Assembly (NCBI GenBank): GCA_026023565.1
Contig: JAPETS010000010.1
Location: 620,001 to 684,000, forward strand
Origin: Cirrosporium novae-zelandiae
Lineage: Eukaryota
Length of the DNA stretch: 64,000 bases
Direction: 5' to 3'
Shown: piece by piece, positions 26,727 through 37,848 of the stretch
Layout of the letters: every line of letters begins with the position of its first letter
Numbering within the stretch: the first letter of the stretch is position 1
Program-made: the position numbers and the translations under genes
Notes under the pieces: model-generated
Databases searched by the model: none
Told to the model about the DNA's origin: nothing
Seen by the model: the letters and a program-made list of their open reading frames with translations, nothing else

Positions 26727-29406
26727 TTAGATACCAGAATCACCATCGGCTAGGTTGGCTACATCGTTCCAGGTTTGCCAAGCTGCGCATGTTTCGCTCA
26801 GTATGGTATCATCGATTAGAGGTGTCATTTCCGAAGCCCGCTCGATGAATTGAGAGGCAAGTCCGTCAGCTGCATGCCAGCCGATGTGGCAATGGAGAAG
26901 CCAAACGCCAATGTTGTCTGTTGGGAAGGCGATCATGAGGTAACCATTTCCAGGGAGAAGGGCCGTATCCCGACGAGGTGGATTCTGGAGGAGGGCTTGG
27001 CCGGAATATGTTCCGGTTCCTTGGGCGAGGACATAAAAGTCATGACCTTGACAGGTATTAGTATGGGGGAGTGGAAGGATTGTACAAAAGAGGATAGGAA
27101 CTTACCGTGGAGATGCATAGGATGAGGAATCGGATTCGTGGTTGAAATGACAAAGTATGCCCACTCATCTGGTACATCGAGCTCGTAGATGCAGGATGTA
27201 TTTGTGAACTGAGTAGCATTCTTCCAGACCTGCATTAGAGTCGGATTTTCCCAATCAAGCACCATAGTATTGCTATCAAGATACCACTTAAATAAGTTAT
27301 CCGAATTCAGTTTTACTTGGACTGACCAATCATCAGAAACAGCTGCCGAGCCAACTTCTGCGTGCATATAAGGGATCAGTTGAGACAAATCTTCGTCAAA
27401 GCATCCAAGGGTCATATTGTAAGGCTCTGACTTGGGGTCGCCTCTGGCACTTGCACCTTCGTATTTGACAATGGCCCTGATGTTGTCGGTGCTGTTGTTG
27501 CTACTGCAATCCTGTGGAACAGCTCGCATCCAGTAATGCGCGTCAGGTGCATCTGCTTCGACAATAACATCATAGCGTTGAGCTAGAAAGCACAAAACCA
27601 GTCAGCACACGAAATCTGGCGAAAACTGGCAGAAAGCTTACCAATAGCCACTTGCAGGACATCAGTCTCATAGGGTACGATGGGGACGAAATCAGTAGAA
27701 ATGACTGTCATTTTGTGGCCATCGATAGCGAATGTAAAATGGGTATCTATGGCCGTGTTGAGAATGCGCATTAAATGCTTTTTTCCTGGAGTAAAGGTTG
27801 TCTCCCATCGAGAGCCGCCATTGCCCCATTTATTTACTCCGTTGATCAGTCCATTGTTCAAGGTTGGTGGTCCACGAGTTTGGGCAATGTGATAAAGCTC
27901 GTTTGCTGTTTGGTGATCCCAATCACTCAAGGCAACAACACCAAGATCTATATCATAATCAGAGGTAGCGGGGCCGTGAATGATAATAGGACCTAGACTT
28001 AAGGTTAGACTGAAAAGGTTCGATGGAAAAGAGCATAGATAGCACTCACCAAAGACTCCCTCCCACGCTTGCAGTGAGTAGTGAGAGTGATACCAACTTG
28101 TGCCATATTGCTCTGCTCTCCAAGTGTAGGTGTAGGTTGAACCGGGCTACTAAATATTAGTGGTCAAAGGCAGCAGCCTGAGAAAGAAAATACTTACAGC
28201 GATGGGGCATTGGGTAATAGACGTAACACCGTCATTTTGATTGGTTCCATTTTGACGTACACCATGGAAGTGGATGCTGGATCCATTGTTCTCAAGACTG
28301 TTCAAAACATGAACAACTATTTTTTAAAAACCAAATTTAGTTAGTAATCATGTGAATACCAACATGAGAGGATGGAAAGACATGGGACGAAGGCATGGGA
28401 GTATCAAGACACAAGATACCAAGTACAAGACACAAAGATGGAAATACAAAACACCAAAATCAAGAAAAACCATAAATACTAGAGTGACGTAAGTGGGGTT
28501 ACCCCAAATAGGATCAAGGGTAGTCTAATAAACAGATAACCAGAACAGGGGCAATGATAGGGTTCATGAGCAGGGGTAACAAGAAACAGGGTCAAGCGAG
28601 TTTCTTAAGCGAACGTCGGAAAGATCCCACACCAACCAAATGGACATTTGACATAATTCTAGCCAATCTTGGCAGACTTGGCCAACCTTAGCTAATCTTA
28701 GCGTGCTTAGCCAAGCCCACAGACCTGAATTTTATTCAAACTTGCCATGGTTGCCTTAGGCTGGAACTTTCAAAAATCACTCCAAAGTCACTCGGCCGCT
28801 TCCAGACGTCCGACATACACAACATTCCAACTGCAGGGAGGCTGCAGCTCACACACTATTAGAACTTTAAAGCTCAAGGTCCTTCAGGGATAAGTGCGGA
28901 GAAACTTTATCGACATTGCATCCCGTAACCCGTCATTTGCCATCATAGGCTACAATTTTCAAGATTTGCACGATTTTCGTCTCACTTTAACCTTGTAATA
29001 AATGGATCAACTTACCAACTGTATCTCCCCAATTGACTTCAATGGTAGGCCCAGGAATTGTGCCATTTACCGTCAAAGCTATGCGCTCCACACCATCCGG
29101 AGCCAATGTCGTGTTAACTAGTTCGAACCAGAACTAACGGGCATCTTATTAGCTAGGTTCCAAGTCTCTGCTGGGGGCCTTACTCACTTCTTTGATCACT
29201 CCCGTATTTGGTCCATCATTGTAATAGTCGGTGTCCAAGTCAAACTCACACCAAGTACCTCGATTCCCTGCTGTATTCCCAGCGCAGGCACCCGATACAG
29301 CTGAGGGGGTTAATATTTCCCTATTCCTTGAATGACTCCATTGAGGTAATGCCTGGATAATCGGAGAAAGAAGGGTAAGGACAAGTAGTCCAAGGAGAGC
29401 CCGCAT
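26727..29406 (-). CDS. Laccase (AA1 multicopper oxidase), secreted, multi-exon
   Basis: Signal peptide; L1 IHFHG, L2 GTSWYHSH, L3 HPMHLHGHDF, L4 WLLHCHIGWHAADGL; ascomycete C-terminal plug DSGI*. Confidence 0.95.
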
Positions 29407-30950
29407 TTTGCCTAGCTCACAGAACGAATGTGTTGAGGGTTGAAGTGAGGTCTACTTGAACGAAAGCGTAGATGAACTTGAAGATAGAAAAGAGGTCTTT
29501 GAGAAGGAAGTGCTGATGACCTTTATAAAAGAAACCTGAAGCCTGATGCTGTTGTTGGTTAAATCTTGAGGAGCACTGAGAGGGATATAAGTATTGGAGA
29601 AATCAAAGACTAAGGCGGAGTGGGAGACCTAATTTCTGAATGACAATTACAGCATACTTTTTTCTCCAAATGGAGCTCCAACAGACCAACACTGCAAGCG
29701 TAGGTATTATGGCTCTTCCCGAATTAGGTATAATATTAGATGTTGGCCATTTCAGTGACATCTGACTCTTGAATCTAGCTAATTAATTTATTGCTAGTAT
29801 CTGACTTCTATCAGCTGGCCGTGCATGGTCCATGCGTTCAATGTCTTTTACTAGACATATCTCCGATAGTCACAATGCTAATGGTAACAGTGTAAGAGAG
29901 TGGAACGGGAATTTTTGTGCATCAAGCATCATGAGAGCCATGGATCTTGGAAGCTAAGACCTTCAAATCGGATAGAACCATGTCAGCAGGGCAACTATAT
30001 TCCGGCCTGTGTACTGACTTGCATGTTGATCAGGAAATCAGGATGAAGCCTGTAAGTCTGTGGCTGTATGTCCTACTAGTGAAGAGCTCTGCAGCCATGC
30101 TGCCACTCTATACCATATAGAGAAATAGACTACATCAAGACCAGCATGGGCTTCCCTCAAGGAAGAAAGCTTGGGCTGGAGGGAATTTTCTAACAAACGG
30201 TAGTGAAAGGCCTACTTGACCATCTACCAGGAGGCTTGAGTACGACTAGTGAAGGAGCCGTAAAAAGAACCTAACAAGTGTGAGACTCCATATAGGGCCA
30301 TGAAAGCTAGAATTTAACCGTAGTATTATTCTTCGTGCATGAGTAGATCGGTATTGGACGGATAGTGAAAACAGGATTGGAGATGGATTTCAAGCATATC
30401 GTGTAGATATGCCTAAGAAATAGTAAGCCGCCCCCAAAGAAGCACAAGGATGGTTCTTTTCTTGGGTTTATTCCGGTGGTCTCGGGTAAGGAGGCCTAGG
30501 AAAAATTACCCTGTATAGAGTAGTATGCAGATGTAGCATATTTCACCAACGGTAGGCGGAAAATGCCCAATAGCCGGCAGACGCTCGACCGAATTGAGAT
30601 ATGCCAAACCCCACGTTAGTCACATTTGGATAAGTCAGCCTCACATGGAGCACCACAAGGCTGGGCAGTAGGCTCTGGGTACAGCGAAACAGGTCTCGAG
30701 TCCTTGGTAGCCTAGTCTTGGACTAGAGGCTTGGGACTGATGGAGAATACTTAGCGAAAGGATTGGCAGCGTGGCCCCAGTTAAAGCTGAATCAACAAGG
30801 AATCCAGGTATGTCATGGCGATGCTGTAGTTGTGTAAAGGTGGATTAACGGTGGGAGACAACTAAGGATAATATTGGGGATTACTAAAGCAGAACATTAA
30901 TGAATCAGAAATATCACAATTGAGGGGGGTTGCCAAGGAGATCATAATTT

Positions 30951-30981
30951 GAATAATTGAATAATTGAATAATTGAATAAT
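30951..30981. repeat. 8-bp tandem repeat (GAATAATT), about 4 copies
   Basis: gaataattgaataattgaataattgaataat. Confidence 0.8.
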
Positions 30982-31243
30982 TTGATATTAGTTATCAGGG
31001 AGATGGCCCTAATCTGCAGATCTTGCAAATCAAATCCCTGAGTACTTTATCTTGACAACTCATCTTTTCCCTCCGTCCACCTGCCCTAATTAATATTTCC
31101 CTTTTCATCCACCCAAGATATCTAAGTCACCGATAGAGTCGCCGAACGCTCGCCACCGTTTATCATATGGCAGTTCGTCTCTTCAAACCCGATTTCTACC
31201 ATCACTTCATAAGGCTGTTCTTATCCGAGTTTTAACCCTATGA

Positions 31244-32545
31244 TGTATTTCCTCGTGATATTGTTCTAGGGTTCCATTATTCTACGATTCCTCTAAAATA
31301 TGAAGATATTTAATTTAGACAAGGGATCCCCGTGTTAATCCAGTCCCGGGACAGGGTAGCATAGGTTGAATCTAAAAAATTCTCCGAGAGTTAAGCGTCA
31401 TTGGTGGTGCAATACAACTTCATACACAGTACTTGCGTAAAAACGACCGGACCCAAAAACGAACATAGAAAAGTAACCCTAAGGGGGCCTTTGAACAGAA
31501 TCAATTTTTATATATTCGCGATTAATTTTTATTTTTCGGTTTTTAAAGAGAGTTAAGGTCACTGGAATCTGATATTAGGGCTCTTGCCCTAGATGGCCCG
31601 CGCTACTTCTAAATAAGGGCCATGGTTGAGCTCTCAGTTCAGCAAGGTTCTATACAATATCATGACATTCAGCCCTTGGTGACAGAAGCTCTCACAAAGA
31701 GACTTTCAAGTTGAATTGTTATTAAAATAGTTTTTTTGAAGGTTTCCCTCGGATCATATTTCTAGTTCCATCCTTGAGTCTAGTCCCTAGTCCCTTTAGG
31801 TAATAATTGTATACCTAGGTAGGTGGAGATTATTAAGAGGTACCATAAATCTCTATTTAACTTCCCCGCTATATATGTAATCCAAGAGGAGAAATCCATA
31901 ATACCCCGCAGCACATAACCTTCAAGAGCCCCAAACGATATCGAAGTTAGCTGTTGTCTCAAATGGGATAATAGTGAGTATGTAATATAGGTCCGGACTT
32001 CCCGCTTGACTTCTTATTACTATGGTATGTTCGGAGAGGCCCGCACTCATTCCTTAAGAATATCGGGCCCCTGTCAAAGTTGACCGCTTCAAAAAAATAC
32101 AAAATGGTTCCAAGTGGGGCTAAAGCAGACATCCTTGGTGTGGATACATATCCACTAGGGAGTACACAATAGAATTACTATAAAAAATGCAAAACTTTGT
32201 TAGAGTACTTTCGATAGATAGAAATGAAAGCGGGAATTTGATGATAATGAAAACAAATTCAAGCTTTCGGACATTTTTGTTGCACAAACTATAAGTCATC
32301 GAATACTTCCTCGTGGTATTATTCCAGAGTTCCATTATGGCGCAGGGACTAATGTTAAACTGGATGTCAATAAAATACTGTGTATGAATATCTATGTTCA
32401 ATCTCGACAAGGGAACCTCGCGTTGATCCAGCCCCAGGAGCCTGATCACTGGGTGGCATAGGCCCAATCCAGAAAAATTTCCGAGAACCTGGGGGTTAGA
32501 GGCTTAGACGTCATTGGTGGTGTGATGCTACCTCATCCACAGTAC
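31244..32545. repeat. Diverged direct repeat pair (about 31244-31433 and 32303-32545)
   Basis: Shared collinear blocks TTCCTCGTG..GTTCCATTAT, GACAAGGGA, AAAAATT.TCCGAGA, CGTCATTGGTGGTG, CACAGTAC. Confidence 0.75.
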
Positions 32546-33329
32546 AGCAGATCCTATCTATTTCTATATATAACCTTAATCTTATCTCGAGATACACGTG
32601 ATACAAGGATGTTTTGGTTATGACTGTAAGTACGTGTTACTGTGTTCTGTGTAATGTGTACCGTGTATCGTGTGCCGTGTACTATGGAGGATGTAGCTAT
32701 GCAACTCCACCAATTCAGTGGAGATGTCTCTCTCCGTCTGCCTTACCACGTTGTTATCCTGTTCAATTATTTCGGAAAATAAATCTAGTGTGACCTCCAT
32801 AAGACAAGGATATTCATCCTGTTGTTTAACCTCGGTATCATTCCTTGTAACCATGGCCTCTTCATTCGTCTGAGGCGCAGCGTAGTTATAGGTTGTTGGT
32901 CGTTCAAAAGATTTAGAAGAGAAGTAGAAATCCTACAAAAGAAAAAAGAATGAATGAAATGCTACAGTAAAGCAAAGGCTTCAAGTTATTTTTGGGAGTC
33001 GGTGTGGGAGCTTGAAAGTGAAGTCGGAGGTTGAAGTTAGTTGTGGTAGTGTAGGGCTGAGCTCAGGCCACCTTAATCCTCGATGGATTGACAGATCACC
33101 AAGTGCTGACCACCAAGAAACCCCAAGAAACCCCCAACAACTTCAACCACAAGAAAATGCAAATATTACAAAGTACAATCATCACATTTCCTATTCGTTC
33201 CATCCATCCATTGTGAATATCGCCATGTGGAAACTATTGATTTTTATCTGCACCTACCTTGTTATGCTTGTCTACTATGCCTACATACCGTCCTTGTCCT
33301 TGCTTTTTTTCCGAAAGTTATTCCCTCAC

Positions 33330-33386
33330 TTCCAAGACCTTTTCCAAGACCTTTCCAAGACCTTTCCAAGACCTTTCCAAGAACTT
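33330..33386. repeat. 11-bp tandem repeat (TTTCCAAGACC), about 5 copies, upstream of the chitinase ATG
   Basis: ttccaagacct tttccaagacc tttccaagacc tttccaagacc tttccaagaac. Confidence 0.85.
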
Positions 33387-33493
33387 TTCTCAGAACCTGA
33401 GAGTATCTACTCTCTATTCGTTCGCAACACGCTCGTTCTTCCTATACACTAACCTTTTGAGTATTATTCTCAAAAGGCATATTTCAACTAATC

Positions 33494-34859
33494 ATGCACC
33501 GCTTTTTCAAAAGATATACCAAGGAGTCCACCAAGCCTTCCTCCATTACTTCTCCTCCACCCATCAATTTCTTGACTCACCCAAACAGGCTGAATAATTC
33601 TGGACAGCAGTCCTTGGTGGGCCCTGCTTCCTCTTTCGTCAACGCCATCTACTACCCAAATTGGCACATTTACAAGCAACGCCCTCCATCCTCCCTAAAC
33701 TTGCAATTCATTACACATATTTTCTACGCTTTCGCATGGTAAGCCCTATCGAAATCCACTGAATTAGTCAACCATTCATCGTCATATATTTATATTAGCA
33801 ATCAAAATCTCACTGTTCATAGGGTCAAACTAGATGGTACTGTATACGTCCGTCTCCCTTGTCTATCCTTCATCCAAGTTTATGCCCTCACTCACACTAC
33901 CATCAGCTTAGTGATGAATATGCTGATACTCAAATTCCGCTCGCTGGTGGCACCCGTGGCTGTTTACGGGCCCTTTTTGACCTAAAACTACAATATCCTC
34001 ATCTCAAACTCATCCTATCTATTGGGGGTGGCGGCGCTGGGAGTCAGAACTTCCCCTCTGCTGCCAGCACAAAAGAATGCCGAGCGAGATTTGTGGAGTC
34101 TGCAAAGACATTCTGCAATGAATATGGGTTCGATGGCATCGATAGTAAGCACCAGTCTTTGCATCTATACTCTTTTAAAGTTGCCAATCTCTGGAAGTCG
34201 ACTGGGAAACCCCCTCGGAACTTGAAACGGCCACATCTTATCTCCAACTCATCAAATGTCTCCAGCCCCATTTCTCCATCCTAACCTCTGCACTTCCAGC
34301 CGGTACATGGGCTCTCCAGAATCTTCCCCTCTTAGAAATCATTCCCTTGCTCACATTTCTGAACCTTATGACCTACGACTTTTCAGGACCTTGGACATCT
34401 CTCTCAGGCCATCATGCTCAACTCTTCTCGCCTTCTCAACCTCACTCTGCCGATGCTAAACTCAGCTGTGCCAGCGCAATCGAGTATCTGATATCACGTG
34501 ATGTGCCTGCAAACAAGATCTTAATGGGAATTCCTTGCTATGGCCGCTCCTTCCTTGGTGTCACTGGCCCTGGTCAAAGGTACACCGGCCACGGCGGTGA
34601 TGAGGGGACTTTCGAGATGCGGGACCTTCCTCTTTTGAATTCTTGGGAGCAGATAGACCCTGAGGTATGTGCCACAATCTGTGTGAGCCCAGAAAGCGGA
34701 TGGGTGAGCTATGATTCTCCAGAAACAGTAAGTAGAAAGGCAAAATGGGCTAGAGAAAATGGCATTGGGGGCCTATTCTATTGGACAGGAAGTGGGGACA
34801 GGGATGCTGGCCAAGGAAGCTTGGTGGAGGCTGGATGGAGGGCCTATAGGACTCCTTAA
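33494..34859 (+). CDS. GH18 chitinase (subgroup A-like, no signal peptide)
   Basis: NAIYYPNW, THIFYAFAW, LKLILSIGG, catalytic FDGIDIDWE restored across intron 34145-34197, NLMTYDFSG, GIPCYGRSF, SYDSP, GGLFYW. Confidence 0.93.
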
Positions 34860-35868
34860 GTTGGGTTTTCTAACTAGGAGTGTCAACCGAAAGAGCTCGT
34901 GAGGTGTCCAGTCAGAATGAGAGCAAGGAAACAATGTAGTCGCTAGTAAGTAAAAATAGACCAATAATAGCGGTAGTAGAATTGGTCCAAGAATCAGACA
35001 TCACCGCATGGAGGTAGATAACAGGCTCAGCTTCGGGTATTGTATCTAACTCAACCCCCATACTACCTAGCCTAATCTACATAACCCCTTAGACTACATT
35101 ACTTTTTAAAATAAAATCAATGCTTAATTCATTCATCACCAGTCTTGACCCCAATTCCAATATAGATTCCGGTAGTATATCTATAGAGATCACATCTCCC
35201 CCCATCCCAACAAAACCCAAAGGGTTACACAGGTTAAATATATCACCATATAATAAATAATAGTAGATGGTACTAAGTCCTTCCCCATACATATAAATAT
35301 ATATATGAGAACCCACTCTAACCTAGGATAGCGAGGGAGTTTCTTCATCGGCTCTGAAGTTCCAAAACTAAACTGTCGAAGCGAAAATAAACGATACCGA
35401 AAACCTTCCTCACCCCACTCACCTCGTACGAGCCTTAAGCCCGCCCCCGCCCCCGCTATGGAATCTCGTACGAGGACCCCCAGGGACCACGCAGGGACTG
35501 GGAGATTTAAAAAAAGTTGAAAGTCAAAGCTAAAGTTGCCAATACTCGAGTAATGCTAAAGCGAGGGGTTGTTGGAATTGTACTGCTGTACTGTACATGG
35601 GAGTGGAGTTGGAATAGGCATCCATCCTTTTCAATTGAAAGAACAAAACAAACAAACAAAACCAAACCAAACCAAACCAAACCAAACCAAAAATAAATAA
35701 ATGGGAACTATTTAATTAGCTACGTACGGGACCTTTGATCGGGTGAACCTACTTCCTTACTTTCATGATCGATACATATATACATACATACATACATACA
35801 TACATACGCAGCTCTACTGCTCCTCAACAACCTCAAACCCTCCCCAGCTCTCACCAAAAACCAAAACC

Positions 35869-36864
35869 ATGTCTCTAAAATACGACCCCGAATACCTCAA
35901 ACTCCTCACCCCCTTCCTCCCGCTCCTCTCCACCCTCCCCAAACCCCCCATCCACGACATCCCCGCCCACCGCGAGCACTTCTCAAAGCTCCTCCACCCC
36001 CTCCACGCCTCCCTCCCTTTCCCCCCCTTCATCACAAAAAGGGTCCACCGCATCCCTTCCTACGACGGCGTCGAAATTGAAATCATCGAACTGGCACCGC
36101 AACCCATGCAAACCCTAGGCGGTAATCCCGCAATCCTGCACGCCCACAGCGGGGGGATGATCTGCGGCAGCGCCTCCACCTTCGAAAAGACGTCCGCGCG
36201 AATAGCGTTGGAGACGATGATTCTGACATTTTCGGTGAATTATAGACTTGCGCCTGAGAATCCGCATCCGACGCCCGTGGAGGATGTGTTTGCGGGGTTG
36301 AAGTGGCTCCAAGCACATGCGGCGAGGAGGTTTGGGGTTAACCCGGGGAGGATTTGTTTGTTTGGGGAGAGTTCGGGGGCGGGGATTGCGGCGGGGGTTG
36401 CGTTGTTGGCGAGGGATAGGCGGATGGAACCCCCGTTGGCGAAACAGGTGCTTGTTTATCCGATGCTTGATAATCGGACCGTGGTGGGGAATGGAGAGGA
36501 GGATAAAGAATTATCCCCCTTCCTATCCTGGAGCTACGCAGACAACACCACCGCCTGGTCCGCCCTTCTCGGAGGGACCGCCAGTCAAAATTACGACGAA
36601 ACCAAAATCCAAGGCCTCCAATACGCATCCCCCGCCCGAGCAGAAACCCTCAAGGGTCTACCAGACACCTACATCGATGTGGGCGGGTTGGATTTGTTTC
36701 GGGATGAATGCATTGCGTATGCGCAGAGGCTTGTGAGGGATGGTGTTAATGTGGAGTTTCATTTGTATCCGGGGGTGCCGCATGGGTTTGAGGCGTTGGG
36801 GGACGAGGTGGGGGTGGTGAAGAGGGCGAGGGCGAATAGGGTTGCGGCTTTTAAGAAGGTTTGA
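35869..36864 (+). CDS. HSL-family (Abhydrolase_3) esterase/lipase, intronless
   Basis: HSGG oxyanion motif, VNYRLAPENPHP, GESSG nucleophile elbow, YPMLD, LDLFRDE, PGVPHGF; likely start MSLKYDP at 35869. Confidence 0.92.
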   Translation: MSLKYDPEYLKLLTPFLPLLSTLPKPPIHDIPAHREHFSKLLHPLHASLPFPPFITKRVHRIPSYDGVEIEIIELAPQPMQTLGGNPAILHAHSGGMICGSASTFEKTSARIALETMILTFSVNYRLAPENPHPTPVEDVFAGLKWLQAHAARRFGVNPGRICLFGESSGAGIAAGVALLARDRRMEPPLAKQVLVYPMLDNRTVVGNGEEDKELSPFLSWSYADNTTAWSALLGGTASQNYDETKIQGLQYASPARAETLKGLPDTYIDVGGLDLFRDECIAYAQRLVRDGVNVEFHLYPGVPHGFEALGDEVGVVKRARANRVAAFKKV

Positions 36865-37848
36865 ATAAGTTATTGTGGGTGGTGATGGTGATGATGGACT
36901 AGATATATAGATGCTACAGTAGAATTATAGATAGGAATCAATCAATCCCTATACTTTCAACCCCCCCCCCCCCATCCATAACCCTAAAAATACCCTCCCT
37001 CCCTCTCTATCCTATCCTATCCCATTCCTTCCCTATTCCCATTAAAAAATTAATCCAAATCCAAAAAAAACAAATCCAAAAAAAGATATCTCTTTTTTTC
37101 TCTCACTAATTCCAACACTAACGCTAACCTCATACATAATCCAGCATAGAACAGAACAGTCTTTCTTTGTTTTTGTTTTTTTTTAAATAATAATAATGGG
37201 GGTTGGAGCTAGGGATAAGGATATGGCTCGAGGTAGACAGAAGTATTTAAGCAAGTTAAGTAAGTAAGTAGGGGAGTATTGGGGTTGATTGGTAGGCAAG
37301 GTTGATTTAAGTGGATGTGAATGTGGATGTGGATGTGGAAGGGGAAGTGGATGTGGAAGGTGTATTATCTATTTATTTATTTATTTTTGGACAAGTAATC
37401 TTGATAGTATAGCCACTGTTAGATATAAAAAAGAAGGACGGGTATACACTAAGTTGGTTATGTGAATTATTGAACTTGAATTGAAGTGAATTGGGATTAA
37501 TATATTATTGTAGTTATTGTCTATATATATCTATGATTGATACTGTACATGAAATAGGGGATTCAGAGCTCTTGCACACATCCATTACAGGATGGTAGGT
37601 ATATCACCAAAAAAAAAAAGCTATATCTTCGAATATTAAGGATGTGGATAGGGAGATAGGGAGGCAGGGGAATGAATCTTGGGTTTCAGTGTTATTGAGG
37701 TTCTTGTTGGGTGATCTTTTTGTTCACTGCTGGTTAGTGTTTGGGGTCTGCATGTCATGTCGAGCCGGAAGAATGGAACAGAGTGGGAGATCTTCATGTT
37801 GTGGCGCTGGAAAACTAAAGGGAAATAGGTAAACTAAGATCCTGCATT

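Noticed and set aside
26727..36864. Laccase, chitinase and esterase as a possible secondary-metabolite cluster
   Set aside because: No PKS/NRPS/terpene backbone gene or cluster regulator; long intergenic gaps
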